64,000 nt of DNA from Callorhinchus milii (Eukaryota): the NCBI RefSeq assembly GCF_018977255.1, contig NW_024704743.1, positions 73,410,001-73,474,000 on the forward strand, in the 5' to 3' direction. Made by a program: the position numbers and the translations under genes. The notes beneath the pieces are model-generated. The model was given only the letters and a program-made list of their open reading frames with translations. It was not told where the DNA came from and did no database searches. Positions 23,371-37,900 of this stretch are shown here, in pieces. Numbering within the stretch: the stretch's first letter is position 1; each line of letters opens with the position of its first letter.

Positions 23371-26300
23371 TTTCAGGACTTTTGGAGGTGTCCCATCAGT
23401 AAATGTCTTGGAGGAACCCCTCTCAGCCACAGAAACATTGCACATCTCTGAGCACTTTGGTGCCTATTTGAGAAATATACTCACCATCTTAACTCAATGT
23501 TTATAGTTAAAACTCTGGGATTCTGCATGTTGGCAGGTTGCCAGCTCAATAGCTCTTGCCAAGGAGTGGATGGTGGGGGGAGCAGGGGGCATGATAGTTA
23601 CTGCTGAGACATCTCTAAAACTGGAATGTCCCACATAATATTCAAGATAAGGCCATAAAAACTCATAAAATAAGAATAAACTATATAGCGTTATTCCTCA
23701 ATGGACCACATGCACAATCCGATACAAATTTCAATATGAATTTACATTCATAAGGGCACCTTTCATGTCAGGAAGATGTCCCAAGGCACTTAACAATGCT
23801 GCTTAGCTCCCAAGCTGGAGATGGGAGCTGAGAAAGGTGAGAAGAGGAAAATGACCTGAAGCTCAGTCAAAGCGTATACAGTATACAACAACAGCAACTT
23901 GCATTTATATAGCTCTGGGACAACTATAGCTAATAACTATATTATTACTATAACTATAACAACCTACACCATATAGCTAATATTGTTCAGGCCAAGAGGT
24001 CAGTAAGCCTCAAGAAGAGAAAGCAATAAATAAAAGATGGTGAAGAGAAACAAAATGTTACAAAACAAAGAAAGCTTTGAAATTTATGCTTGATTCCAAG
24101 ATAGAATTGAGCAGAAAGTCCAAGGTTTGAGTTTCTCCCCGTGTGCTGCCAAACAATCCCCCAAATAAAATTTGTCATTGGTCAAATTGAGATATTGCTC
24201 AGCACAAATTGTCTACAACGTTTGTCTGAAAAATACATAGTCACTGCACTATATAGAAAATTCTTGAAGCACTTTTGATGATGTGACCACACTCTAAATC
24301 AAATACAAGGATTATTATAATAGTCAAATTCAGCTTCCTTTTAAAGGAGTTAATCATACAGTATCAATTGCTTTTGCTGAGAAGATGTTGCCCATAAGTA
24401 CAGCTTGTGGGATACAGATTCTTCCTTAATTAAACTTCATTCAATTTCTGCTGCTCATTTTATTTGGAGACAGTAATAAATTTTTCCTGTCATCAAAGCA
24501 GTAAACCAAGAGCAAATAAAAAAAGCAATAAAAATAGAACATTAAATAAAGTTTAAAAAGTAATGGTAAACAACCAACTTTGGCTATGTTTTCCTCTGTT
24601 AGTTTTATTTCCAATTTGCAACGACACTTTTTTTCAATTTTCGATGGCACCTTGTCCTTGTAATATTTGCACGCCTCTGAAAGATTTCCAAAATCTATTC
24701 TGTCATACTCCTTGTGTGAGTGAGTGACTTTGTGTGAGGTGTGTGGGTGCAGGATGTATACTGCTAACACTTCTGAATTACTTGGTTTTATCCAGAAAAC
24801 TTTAAAATATATTTAAGTATAGGAATCTACAACAACAACAATTTACATATATATGTAGTGCCTGGAGTCTTGCCAACCTGCGCCTAATACTTTGCGGAAT
24901 TAGGTAAGCAGGATGTGACCCTCCAGGGAGAGTGTGCATTCCATTCCAACAATCTACAACAACAACAACTTGCATTTGTATAGCGCCCTCCATGCTGGAC
25001 AGTGTCTCAGAGCGCTTGAGACCTATCACTGTGTAGGTGGGATGCAGGGAATTCTCAGTTTGATTTGGCTACTCTTAAGCATGGTGATGGGTTTCCACGT
25101 CCATCAGACAACAACAACAACTTGCATTTATATAGTGTCCTTCCCTTGAGATAGCATCCCAGAGGGCTTGATACTCGGCCGACCAAAAAAAACATGAAGA
25201 GTGTTTTTTGTTTTAGGTAGGAGTACATTTTGAAAATGCATCTGCTAAAGCTTCCTTAAGCCAATCTTTGTGAACTAGATTTCAGGTGTTTAAACTGACA
25301 GTAACTTGGTGATCAAGTGGATTAGAGCATTGAGGAGTGGTTTTGAAAATAGACCAAACTGCTGAGATGAAAGGCTGATAGTGGTAAATAAATTTTGTCT
25401 GGCCTAGACTCAATCAAGCCTGTTCCAACTGGTCATACGTCTAAAGTGCAAATCAGTTTTGAAAGCTCTGAGATTCTCCCCTGCATGAAGGGTGCTGTGT
25501 AAATGCAAGTTGTTGTTATTGTTTGATGCAAATGGCAACAGAATTGTCCATTTAATTACAGAAAAAGTGGAAACATCAGATAAGTCGGACATGGGGTGCT
25601 CTTTTAGATTTGGTTTGTTGTTGGGAAGTGTTAAGAGGAATTTGGAACGCAGTTATCCCATGAATTGGCATGGTTTGCTGCTCACTTTTGGGTGCATAAA
25701 GTAGAAAAATGTTCATCCCCAATTTTGACAAAAACTCCCTTTATGAATGATCTAAAAATTCCTACCCCAAAAAAGACTTTTCCTGAAACAAAGTCATGAT
25801 GAAATGAATAACTGGGATTGTCATTATGGTAGAATAGCTTCATAAGTGTCTATAATTATATATGTCCCTTTTTTGTCTGACACATGCGGAAACCCATTGT
25901 AATGCTTAAGAGTATCAAAACCAGACTGAGAAATTTACTTAGGTATGCCACCTATGCATGGAAATTTCCCTTTACCTAAAATGGGGTGGGTTCGGGAGGA
26001 CAAATTATACTTACTTTAATTTCAGAAGTATTCAGAACTGGGCAGCAGGAACCAAGGTTCGGAGCATGAAAGTATAGGGTACTGATGGAGTTTAATACGC
26101 TAAAACTCCACAGCTTGCCATTGAAAGTGCTAGCAAGCTTCCCACTGTTTGCCCAGCTACGACCACCTTAACTGTTGGATTGTAGGGTTAATAGGAGTTG
26201 AGTGGGAAAAATCACTGCCCCTCCATATCCTTCCAATGGCTGGGCTGTCATTAACAGTGCTCTGGAGTATTGTGGACCAATCTGGCTCAAGAAATGAAAT

Positions 26301-26909
26301 ACCGAGATCTTCACAATGGGTTGACTTGATTCTGACATTTTGTTGCTCAGCCAGTTCAGCAGAGGATAGTTCATGGATATCAATCTAACATTAAAATACA
26401 AACCTTTCAACTCTTGTCTATTCTGAAGATAATATATTCCTGTTTGATAATCTATCACTGCCATCTTACTTCTAACCTTCAATCCTGTTTCTGAGCAGAG
26501 ATTGCTTCTGGTGCTTAAAAAAGTAATCAGCAAAGCATTAATTCTGTGTTTGTGGAAAACTGCTCCACATGACTGCTATTCTGCATTGGGTCAAAATCTT
26601 CTAATATCTAGTTTTGCTTAAAGCTTATTGCTTCTAGTTTTGTATTCACACTCGATGTCTCTCATTTAATTTAAATATCTACATTCTATCTTCTCATTTT
26701 CTTTAGAGAAGATAAGGTTAGTTCTGTGAGTCTGTCTTCATAACTTAGAGGCAGGAGGAACACAGAGCTTTTGTAAGATGGAAACTTTGTGCCGAAACCC
26801 CCTTCCCCATGTCTCCAATTACCCCTCTGCTGATTCGAAACATCAGCTGACTAAAATGTAATTTGAACCCACACTACCCTTCGAGTATTAAAACACAATA
26901 AATGGAATC

Positions 26910-27270
26910 CAAGGGGGTGGGGTGTTGGGGGAAAGATGACCGAAGGCACTGTCAAAGAGGAAGGTCTTAAGATGGACTTTGAAGAAGGCGAGCAAAGGGT
27001 GAGGCAAAGGGACTGCAGGATAGAGTTTCAGAGAGTAGGAGCAGAAAAGCTAAAGGCCCGAACAATGATAGTGGGAAAGGCAGGATGTGGGATGTGGAAC
27101 AGTGGCCGGGTAGGTGCGGTTTTAGAAGCTCGCAGAGGTAGGGTGAGGAAAGCCCACGGAGGGCTTTAAAAGTGAGGATGAGAATCTTAAATTTGATCTG
27201 TCTTCTGGGGGATGGGGAGCCAGTGGAGCTGGGTGAGGATGGGGTGAATAGATTTGTGAGCTTAGGGCAG
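26910..27270 (-). mobile_element. Degraded L2 3' fragment
   Basis: gtgaggatgagaatcttaaat...ggggatggggagccagtggag matches the other minus-strand L2 copies. Confidence 0.8.
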
Positions 27271-28739
27271 GATCATTTGTGGTACAAATGTAAATAGTGT
27301 TTGTAATTATAGTGCATGTGATATTCTGCCACATTATTTCTTTTGTATATTTCTTTCTCACCATTGGGTTAAAAGTCTGGTCGGAATTACACTGGAGCCT
27401 TTGTTGATGTCAGCCGCTCATGGAATTTGCCCATTAAAATCAGACATTGTTCACATGTATAATGTCTCTTGCTTTTCTATGTATTATCCTTCTGTTACCA
27501 CTGCTGTTGTTCAAAGATGTCATCTCTAACTGGGGCCACTTGACTTAATGGAGAGAGGAGGGGATCATAGGCGCTCACTGTGTGTTTTATTTCAGAGTGT
27601 CTGAAATGCCTTTGAATGGAATAGACTGGATATGTCCAAAGCCTCTGTGAAATTAAAGGCAGCTGTTTTGAGTGCTCTTATTCTTCACCAGCAGAGTTCA
27701 CCAGCATGGGTCCAATACATCAAATGGCCTCTTCTATGCTGCAATTTCTCTGATTCTGTTTCTTTTCTCGTGGCCTGTGCATGACTAGTCAGGGCTATGA
27801 TTTTTAAAACCAACAGTGAGAGCTCCTTGAAGATTAGAGCCTATATAAGAGAGAACAGTTGTGAGAGCATCCGTTTGGAAAGCTTCAAACTGCGCAGCCT
27901 CTTGTGGTACCACGCTCCACTGCAACTAACTTCATCTGATAAGCATGGATGAACTGAAGGGAACTTGCATCTATCAATTCCTCTTGTCCATCATATTGTT
28001 CTTTGGTGGCACAACATTGTACATATCCTCCTATTGCTTTACGACTGATGTCTTGCAAGCCATCCCAAGAGCCTCTCCATTTTATTTGCTTTCTAGAACC
28101 GTAGAAATTTACAGCACAGAAGAAGGCTATTTAGCCCATTGTGTTTGTGACAGCTTTCTCAAAATCAATCTTTTCATTTACCTGCCCTTCCTCCATACCC
28201 CTGTAGCTGACTCTTTTTAAGATATTTGTCTATTTCCCCCTTGAAGGCTTATATGGATTTTACCTCAACCATTGCTCCTGCTGGGCATTCCAATATCCTA
28301 ACTACTCTGCAGTAATACATCTTGTGGTAGTAGCTTATTCAGTGGTGTTGGCACCTTTTCTGTGCAGGAGCAACACTGATGTGCAAGTGAAGGTAGCTAC
28401 TGCCATGGACTGGTGCCTGGAGGTGTGCTCTTGTGTGCACATTGTGTGTGTGGTCCAAACCTTGGCTTTTCTACTTGTCCAGATGGTTCAGTTGATATAA
28501 AGAGAAAATGATAAGTTTTAAGCATTAGCAATGGATGAAGAATGGTCATTTCTATGAGGGTGGAGCCATACATCAGCACGAGTCAATACCTTCAGGAGAA
28601 GTAAAGAGAAAATTGGAGGGGGAGGTATAGGTTTCAACCAAATTATATTTCTTTTGTAGAAAACATCTTTCCTAAAAAACACTTTCCCTAAAAAAACAAA
28701 TTAAGTAAATTACTTCCTGAAAGTACCTTTTTACGTATC

Positions 28740-29152
28740 AGCCTGAGTCAGATGGTAGCTCTCTCGTCTCTCTGTTAGAAGGTTATGAGTTCAAGTCTTT
28801 TGAGCTCATAATCTAGACTGGCATTCCAATGCAGTGCTGGGGGTGTGCAGCATTGTTAGAGGTGTCGTCCTGCAGATAAGACATGAAATCGAGGTTCTGC
28901 CTGCCTGTTAAGGTGGACATTAAAGATCCACTGCACTATTTAAAAAGAGAAGGGAGTTTCTTTCAGTAATCTGGCCAACAATCTTTTAGATAAAATTACG
29001 TATTTACTTCATGGCATTTTGTGGCACATTGCTGTATGAAAATTGACTGCGGCATTTCTCTATAAACACACAATTACTATACTTTACTGTAAATCCTGTG
29101 AAGTGTTTCAATGATAATGATGTATGAAATGCAAAGATTGTTTATTATTATT
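28740..29152 (+). mobile_element. Long (Deu-like) SINE with tRNA head
   Basis: Head tcagatggtagc...gagttcaagtc, ggtggacattaaagatcc block, tail tgcaaagattgtttattatt. Confidence 0.75.
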
Positions 29153-31509
29153 TTTAGAAATGTTCATCTTTTGGTAGCTTACACATGCACACATATTTCC
29201 TTCTATAAATCATAAAATTCCACCCAAAAATCCTGACTGTTCAAGTGGTTACATAAATAAACACTGTTCCCCTGTTCCTTATCCCTGAGTACACGTTACA
29301 ACCTTATATTATTCAAATGGAATTTATTTAGGAAAAAAATGTGTGCTTTTATTAGGAAAAGCTTCCGGTATTAAAAAGAGATTAAAGCTTTTAATCTGGA
29401 ATTGCATGCGTTGAGTACTAGTTTCCTTCATTGCAATAACAGCAGCAGTAGTAATATTTTGGAAACCTTGTAAAATGGGTCATTGTACTTTGCGGGAATG
29501 CAGAATAGAAAGACATTCTGCTGTAGCTGTCTGCACCAATATAAAACAAATGTAGCACTGCTTTCAATTTCATCAGCAGTTCCATGTACTTTGCAGATTT
29601 AATTATAGAGACTATTCTCCACTTGTCATCAAATTTACAGACCCTGACAGCAAGTTCGTATTATTCTCCATTTGTCAATAAATTTACCAACACTTAGAAT
29701 TATAAGCGCACACTGGCAAAGGTCTTTTTTTTTACTGGCAAACAGAGAAGAGTCTCCATAATTTCTTTTGAATACTTCACGGTCCATCATTCAGCAAATA
29801 ATGCATCTAAATTGGAAATATTCAAATACAATATTTTCCTTGGCTTTCTTATGCAGCTCAAATTTGTGATAGATAATAATAACAATCCTTGTATTTGATA
29901 TAGCGCCTTATCAAGTTGTTGAGTCGTCTCAAAGAACTTCACAGAATATACTGTAAAGTGTAGTGACTGTGTATTTTGATCAGCCAATCAATAACAACAA
30001 CAAAATTACATTTATAGAGTAAATGCCTTTCACATCGGGAGGACATCCCAAAGCGGGGAAACAACCGAGTTCCTACTTATTGCTGAGGAGTGTGGAGTAA
30101 GGAAACATGCCTAACATTTCATCCTGTTTCGATCCAGTTCTGTCACCTTCTTGTGTTCCCAATGTTTAACAGTTGACTCACCTCAACAAAAACTCAGTAA
30201 TACACGCCCACAGTGGCCTTGGAGAGTGAGGTGTCTGGAGCACAGTCTTTCATTGGTCAGTGCTATTGTTGCCCCATGTCTGCTTGGCACAAAGATGTAG
30301 TTTAAACAGGGAATTGAATATCAGTATTCATCACTCCTCAGGATCTAGTGATCAACTCCAAATAAAATTCTCAACAAAAGAAAAAGGAAAATAATTCTAC
30401 TTGTGCCTCCAAATTGAAGATACCTGCCTTAAAAGAATGCAATGCCGCCAACACAGAGTGGAACAGTTTGCCATCCAGAAACAGGAATTTTCAGGACAGA
30501 AGGAAACCATTCAGGCAGTTGTGTCTGTCACAATGAATCTAGACTTCTTGGACAATGTGGCTATTTGCACACTAGTTTCATTTGTGATATTCACAAAGGA
30601 TTTAGGAAGCAACACTTTGAGTCTGCTCTGGTGGCCTGAGAGGTCAGATGGTCCAATTCTGAAAGCTGCCAAAGTGCAAAAACAAATGGCTGAAGAGCAA
30701 AACACCACCTCTCCACTACCGTCCATTTAGCTCTCTAGCCTTTTTATCCGGCTTTCAGGATGCCCAAATAGAGCTTCCCACTTGCAAATATCTCAAGTTA
30801 AACTGCACTGTGGAGATGTCATGCCAAACAATGTGTGTGCCCTTGTGGTGTTGGGGTAGGGAAAATACAGTATTAGCTATATAAAGCTATTAGCTTTTTT
30901 TCTTAGTGTGTAGGTTGATCTCACAGTGCTGTTGGCTCCAAATGGAGATAATCTGAGATCGAAGATTCAATTTAATTTTAGCCAGAAAAAAAAGTCTTAG
31001 AATTTAAGGAGGCGCCAATTATAGTGTATTTTTAAATTCACTGCTAAATTCAAAAGCCTTCCGTATCTGTTTCTAGCCAAGAAGGGTGGATGAGCTGATC
31101 TGAATCAATGATCTGAGGCTCCCAAATTAAGATTGAATTAAGAATTTTCCAAAATGTGCATAATTTTAAATATGAAGATAATGGTTTTAAGCCTTAAAAA
31201 GATAGGGTGAAACATGTTGGGCCTAATATTACTACTGAAACTTGCACATTGGCACCAAGCAAAACTAAAGATGTTAAGCAGTATTGAACATAAGTGTAAC
31301 CAATATTTTGCTTTACATTCATCTGAACTACTTAAGTTTGTTATCAGCAAGCATTTATTAAGTAATTTTACATTAGATAACTATCTTTTATTATAGCAAC
31401 CACCAAGTTGTTCAACTATATACAATTTTCCTTGGGCTAGATTTACTCTACTTTCTTAGGATATTATAGAGTGCAGAATTTGGTGAGTTATTGAAATCAG
31501 TCTCAGGGA

Positions 31510-32000
31510 TCAACTTGGCTCAGTTGGGAGCACTCTCTACATCAGAAGATTCTGGGTCTAGGCGCTTGGACCCCACATTTAAGCACTCCGAGACACTAGC
31601 CTACATGGTAAGTGCAAATTGTTGTTGTTGCAGGGATTTTGAACTCATTTAGTCTATGCTGAAACTCAAATGCAATGGTGTGTACATACATTGTTGGAGA
31701 TGCCATCCTTTGGATGAGATATTAAACTAAGGCTCTGCCTGCCTGTTCAGGTGGATGTTAAAGATCCTATGACACTATTCAAAATGAATAGGAGGTTTCT
31801 CTTGGTAGAGTAGACAATAGTCTCCCCAAAATAAATTGATCATTCACTTCATAGCTCTTTGTGGGACACAGTTGTATGTAAATAGGCTGCTGTATTCGCC
31901 TACAAAATGTCCAGTTGAAAAGTACAGTAAAATCCTGTGAAGCACTTTGAGGCATCCTCCTGACATAAGGAGTGCTGTAATAAATGTGAGGATCATTTTT
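31510..32000 (+). mobile_element. Long (Deu-like) SINE with an L2 tail inserted at about 31580-31630
   Basis: ttggctcagttgggagcactct head, cctgttcaggtggatgttaaagatcc block, SINE tail. Confidence 0.75.
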
Positions 32001-32299
32001 AAAACTTTGAAGCCATTTTTCTCTTGCTCTTAAAAGAAATGACTAAAAACCGGCTTCAAGTTTGGACTGTAATTAAGAACTTGATACATTCTGGATGCTT
32101 TCAATTGCTAAGAAAATAGAGTAAATCTAGACCAAGATGGAATTTCTACACCCTCACATGCAAAATGACAGACATAATCCAAGAGAAATGACCACTGGGC
32201 ACTATCATAGCTGTGGGTGAATGGAAGCACAATGTTACCCCTTGCTGGAAAGTATCTTGTACACAGTTCGTAGGTTTCCCAGATTTTGCTGCTAATGTC

Positions 32300-32510
32300 A
32301 ATAATAATGATAATCCTTGCATTTGATATAGCGCTTTTCACGTCTTCAAGACGTCTCAAAGTGCTTCACAGAATATGCTGTAAAGCGAAATGACTGTATA
32401 TTTGTGGGCAAAACGCGGCAGCCATTTGCACACAGCAGTGTCCCACAAGCAGTCTTGGATTGAAAATGACCAATTTCTTATTGTTTTATTTTTTGGAGGG
32501 ATTATTATCA
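32300..32510 (-). mobile_element. Short SINE body and tail (headless)
   Basis: Same unit as 20434-20641. Confidence 0.88.
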
Positions 32511-32920
32511 CTCACCATGTGGAAAATTGGAGCAAAAGACCAAAGCTCAACATTCCAAGCCTTAGTCCTGATATTCCATACACCAGCCTGCCCTATGTTT
32601 TTATGGTATATTAGTTTTATTAGTAAAAAAAATTATTTCAGAAACTGAATTGTTTAATTGTAGCAATTAAGAATGCTATAATCTTCGATAAAATCCTTGC
32701 CTAATTAGCTTTACTTGTGAAAAAAAAGTAAAAAATAAGCCCCAGTTTATTCTTGCATTAAAGCCTCCAGAACAACCCACTGTTTCCCAGCCCCTAATGC
32801 TCAAATTGAAACAGCCTTTGTTTTCCATTAGACATTTTTGTTGTATCACCTACTCTGTGTTTGTTAATTCTGCTACTGGTCCAGCAAGTCATACAGCCTT
32901 ACAAAAAGTCTCACAATGGT

Positions 32921-33700
32921 ACAACAACAACAACTCGAATTTATATAGCGCCCTCCACGCCGGACGGCATCTCAGAGCGCTTTACAGTAACAGATCCCGG
33001 GACCGAGCCAGGGGGAGGGGAGGAAGGTGACCAAAGGCGCGGTCGAAGAGAAAGGTCTTCAGCCGACCTAAAAATGGGAAGGAAGGGAGCGAGACGAAGG
33101 GAGTGAGGAAGGCAGTTTCAGAGCCTCGGGGCATAGTGGCTGAAGGCACGGCCGCCGAGGGTGGAGCGGAGGACTCGGGGGACCAGGAGGAGACCAGACC
33201 CGGAGGAACAAAGGCAACGGATACTGTTTTGAGGAGAGAGGAGGTCAGAGAGGTTGGGGGGTGCAGAGGAGTGCAGGGACTTGAATACAAGGGTGAGGAT
33301 CTTGAAATCGATCCTCTCTGGGATAGACAGCCAGTGCAGTCTGGCAAGGACTGAGGTGATCGGGGAGCGGAGTTTCGTGCGGGTGAGAATGCGGGCAGCA
33401 GAGTTTTGAATTATTTTGATTTTATGGATGGGAGTGGATGGGATAGCAGCGAGGAGGGAGTTGTAGTAGTCCAGCCGAGAGGTGACAAAGGCATGGACTA
33501 GGGTTTCAGCGGCTTTTAGGGAGAGGTATTGGCAGAGACGGGCGATGCGTCGGAGGTGGTAGAAGGCGGTGCTGGTGAGGGACCAGATATGGGGTGGAAG
33601 GATAATTGGGGGTCGAACCTGACACCTAGGTTGCGTACTGGTTCGGAGAGTTTTAGTGGGAGGTCGAGTAGGTGAGAGCCATGAGATTTTAGACATTGAC
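32921..33700 (-). mobile_element. L2 LINE 3' fragment (young subfamily)
   Basis: LVHAFVTSRLDYYNSLL, LARLHWLSIPERIDFKIL, (TTG)n tail. Highly similar to 44014-44470 and 19505-19828. Confidence 0.93.
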
Positions 33701-34519
33701 GAGAGCCAAAGGGTACATTCATGTAAATATCCTGGTAGATATACACAAAGTACGCAGAAAGCCCCATGAAGATTAACGCTGCTCTTCAAATTATTCCAAG
33801 CAGTTCTTTCTATTTCGCATTTCACAGGTTGTCAGGAAACACTACAATGCTAAGGCTGTGAGCCTCGAATCCCAACTGGTCATAGAGCTTGCATTGGGCA
33901 TTTGATTATGGTAAAACTACCTCAGGCAACGCGTACTAATGATGCATGGAGCTTATCAGAAAGTCATGGAAATTAAAGAAGGACTTGGTTACTTGCTTCC
34001 TGAAATATTCGATTTTATTTCAAACTGACAGAAAACGTCTTTTAAGACGCCACTGCTTTTTAAGGTGATATTCAGTCAATGCAAGTTGGCTCTTGACATT
34101 CATTCCTTTAATTAAGAGGTATTAAACTGGTACTTTTAGTCCTTGGGTATAGCCCAGAGTACTGGCTTAATGAATATTTTATTTTCAAATGTGAATGTAG
34201 CTCCAGCACCAACATTTTAGATGTTAGAAGAATTGCTGAAACCACAAGAGAACCTAGATCTTTTTACATGCACATTGTCATTTTGCTACTTATTACCTGT
34301 GTCTATTTTTATTTTTTACATTAAAGAAAATCACATTTTGACAGTGGAAATATTGTACTCCAGTGTTGTGGCTAGAAAATCAAGGCTTAAATGCTGTTGT
34401 CAGATGCTCGTGTTATCTATCATATAGCGACTGCTTGTGGCTCTCTCACTGGTGGAGAACCTGTTATTGTAACTTGCTGCGCTTCCAGCCTTTTATAAAA
34501 CACTTGAATAATAAGCTAT

Positions 34520-34940
34520 ATATTTGATATACATTTGATGACATTTGACATAGTGCCTTTCACATCAGGTGGTTGTTTCAAAGCATCTCATAGAATTTAC
34601 TGTAAAGTGCAGTGACTATATTTTGAAGGCAGACCAACAAGCCAATTTGCACACTGCAATATCCCACAAACAGCCATGAAGTAAAAAAAATCCTATCTGA
34701 GGTATTATTGGTTAGGAAACAAGGATAATCTCCCTGCTCTTTTGGAATAGTGCATGGGATTTGATCAGACAGGAGCTTGATTTAATGTCTAATCCAAAGG
34801 ACAATCACCTCCAACAACGCATTGCTCACCCAGCACTGTATTAAAGTGTCAGGTAGACTTTTAGTTCAAAGCCCCAATGTGGGGCTTGAACCCACAACAT
34901 TCTGACTCAGAGGCGAGAATCCTACAAACTAAGCCAGCAT
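34520..34940 (-). mobile_element. Long (Deu-like) SINE
   Basis: gtggggcttgaacccacaacattctgactcagaggcgagaatcctac head plus body blocks. Confidence 0.78.
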
Positions 34941-37900
34941 GACCCTTTTTATTTCTCCGGTTGTGAAGAACATTGTTAGTGGAACCATTGAATCTGTTTG
35001 TATGTTGTATCTTGTGTCTCATTTCTTTCTGATTGATTCTATCAGTGGAGGCAGGTTTCTGCATGGTTACCATTCAGCGAGCTCAACACTATCTAATTGG
35101 CCCCATCAGGGGCATGACATTTTCCGTGGCTTTAGCCTCAGAAACATTGACTGGAAATGTAAGATGATGCAGAATTTTCTAACATTACAAAACTAGGTCT
35201 TAATTTGGAAGGCAATTTTGCATAGTTCTTCTTAAGACTGAATTTTAACATTTACCAAATATAAATCTTACATTTTAAGACATTAGTCTTAATCATAAAA
35301 GTGTGTCATTTTAAACTCAGATTTCTAGTCTCATAATTGAAAATGGAACTAAAGTTTGTGTTTTCTATCTCATAGAAATTCTGTGAATTTTACCACAAAT
35401 GTGTCTCTCTTCAAACCACAACTTAAGCGTTTTCACTTTTTGTTTGTGCTGTGTAAAGCTTACTGCTTCTCTTACAATCCTTCAGTGAGATTCAAAAGCC
35501 CACATTCCATAAAACAAGCACAAAGACTTTGAAGAAGGAACACAGGATAATATTGAAAAGAGTCAACCCATGGAGATAAAAGATTGTTGGAGTGCTCTCT
35601 TTCAAGAATAACCTGCAGGTATTTGGGGAAAAGGCAGGTTAATGGGACTGAATGAATTGTTCTTCCAAAGAACCAGCATAAACTCAATAAACCGCTTCTG
35701 TGTTGTAAATTTCTATGGTCTCTAACTCTTACAAAAATACCTATTTTCCACTTGAATACATCTGCAAATATATGACAGAATGCAAGAATGAAGACAGAAT
35801 TGTTTGGTGTTTAGTTTAAAAAGAAACTAAAATGTAGCATTTCAACATCAGAAGTGATTTCATGACTTCATTGAAAATCTGCTGAATGCCTTTTACTTTT
35901 TTTTATCAAAGTAACTAGAAAATTGAGCATGCAAAGTGTTGTCTGACAGTTTAATGACTTAACAGTATCGAGTACCAACCTTGAGCTGATCTGCACTAAT
36001 AGCATCAAAGTGCCTGGTAAAACTGGTGGAGATTGTGGAGTTTGTACCTTGAGCACATTGCTAGAGTGGTCTTACAATGGGGCTGCCCCAGTGACCCCTC
36101 TTGGTAATACATAGTAAAGCACCTAAGAATATTTATGATTTCTATACTAGAGATAAAAAATACTTGCTTAACTTAAGCAACAAGTGTTAAAGGATCAAAG
36201 GCAGGAAGTGAATTGTAAAGTATCCCTGAAAGGAAGTGGCTTAAGAACTGCAGCTAGAGATAGCAAGGTTAGCTTTTCTCACTCAGAAAGATAAAGCTGA
36301 CTTTGAGTTTGTGCTGTGCAGTGTATACTAGTCACATGGTTTGTTGTACTGGAATGAAAGAGGCAAAGACTTTACTGGAAATAATAATTAGCTGCATTGT
36401 GGAATTGGTATGCAACACATAGATAGCTCAGAAAGAGGATCTGGCTCAGAAATGTTGAACCTGACTGTGATCATAGTGCCTAAAGTTAATTTCCTCTGCG
36501 AGAAAAGGCCAGTAAAAATAAATTGGAGACAGCTCCTGCAAGACATTCGTGCCCTTCAACAGTTTGGGAGTGAATAATGCTATGAAAATTTTGTTGCCGG
36601 TGCTGCTATATATTTCATTTGTTTCGTTGGACTCAGGCAAATTAATAGGCTGATGTTAAGTTAATTCTTGGAACTTGCTCATCACTTGACTATTGCTAAG
36701 CTGGCCAGTGGTTTCAGTGAACTTCAGCAGGTGTCACATTGACGTTTTCCCAAAATGAAGTGCAAGATAGCCCTCATCCCTGAGTTCAGGTCCTTCCTCA
36801 AAAATATGAGTAGCTATGGGAGATAGGATTTATTACTGTACTTCAAAACCATGTTCATTACTCCTTAGGGCATCTGTATTCCTTAAATATGCATTGATTT
36901 TGTTGTTGTTGTATTGATAACATAAGCATAGTGCTCTCAAGCCTTTTTCCCACAGATGTTGAACTATCATGTCTATACTTTTTAGACTCATGTCTCACAT
37001 CCTTGTTGGAACAATTGGATAACATCTGTTATTCTCCAGTGCTCGTGTACAACTTCAGTATTGACGGAGCTCATAAAAAATGACAACCGGGTCTCACTTA
37101 TATCCTCTCTCGTTTGCTTGAGGTTCCTAGGCTGTGGCACTGTTGACCAATGCGCATTGAATATTTGAGTCTCTTCATAAAGCATGTTTTACCACTAAAG
37201 ACTCCTGAGCTAAAGTGAGTGAAGCTGGAATGTAACTACAGTAATCATCTAGACCAGAAAAGAGAGAAACTAAATAGGCACGAGACTTTATATTCCCATA
37301 CGTCTATGATGAGCATAACATGGTGTATCTTGAGCCTCGGTAATACTGAGGCAGATTTAGTTTAGCCACTGAGGTTGAAAAACGTCTGATGTATAAAATG
37401 TATTTGCAAAATGGTTCACAACTTTCTGATCTTTTATTAATACAAGATTGTGGTGTTCATAAATCGGTCTCATAAAAATATTCTGAATAGCACTTGTCAC
37501 TAATTCCTGATGGGTAACCACCTTAGGTACTCTTTATCTGGTTTCAATAATAGGCTCTCTTCCAGTGTATGCATTTAACTACAAAATGAGGAAGATTTCC
37601 AATTGAATCCAAAATGTACTGTTGCAGATTAATTTGCCTGGAGCTGGTGCATTGAAATTTTGTTACTGTTGTGATGGAAGAAACATGACAGCAATATCCT
37701 ACAAAACTCGGGGACCCCAGAGAGTGCGCTGGTGAACTGCTGGAGTCTAACAAGTTAAAATCTCATAGCTTGCCATTGATATCGCATCTGACAAGCTTTC
37801 CTGCAACTTGTCCAGCTAGGATCACCCAACCCGTTAGGGCTTTGGCTTCCAGGGCAACAGGATCTCCCTGCCCTCAGTGACTGGTCTGCCCATCCATGTC

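Noticed and set aside
27845..28025. RTVV/EHPFGKLQ ... WWHNIV, reminiscent of a Harbinger transposase C-terminus
   Set aside because: It needs frameshifts and the motif spacing looks too long. Too weak without a profile search.
30401..30730. 109-aa ORF in unique-looking sequence
   Set aside because: No recognisable domain, a non-ATG start and no convincing splice sites. Compatible with chance.
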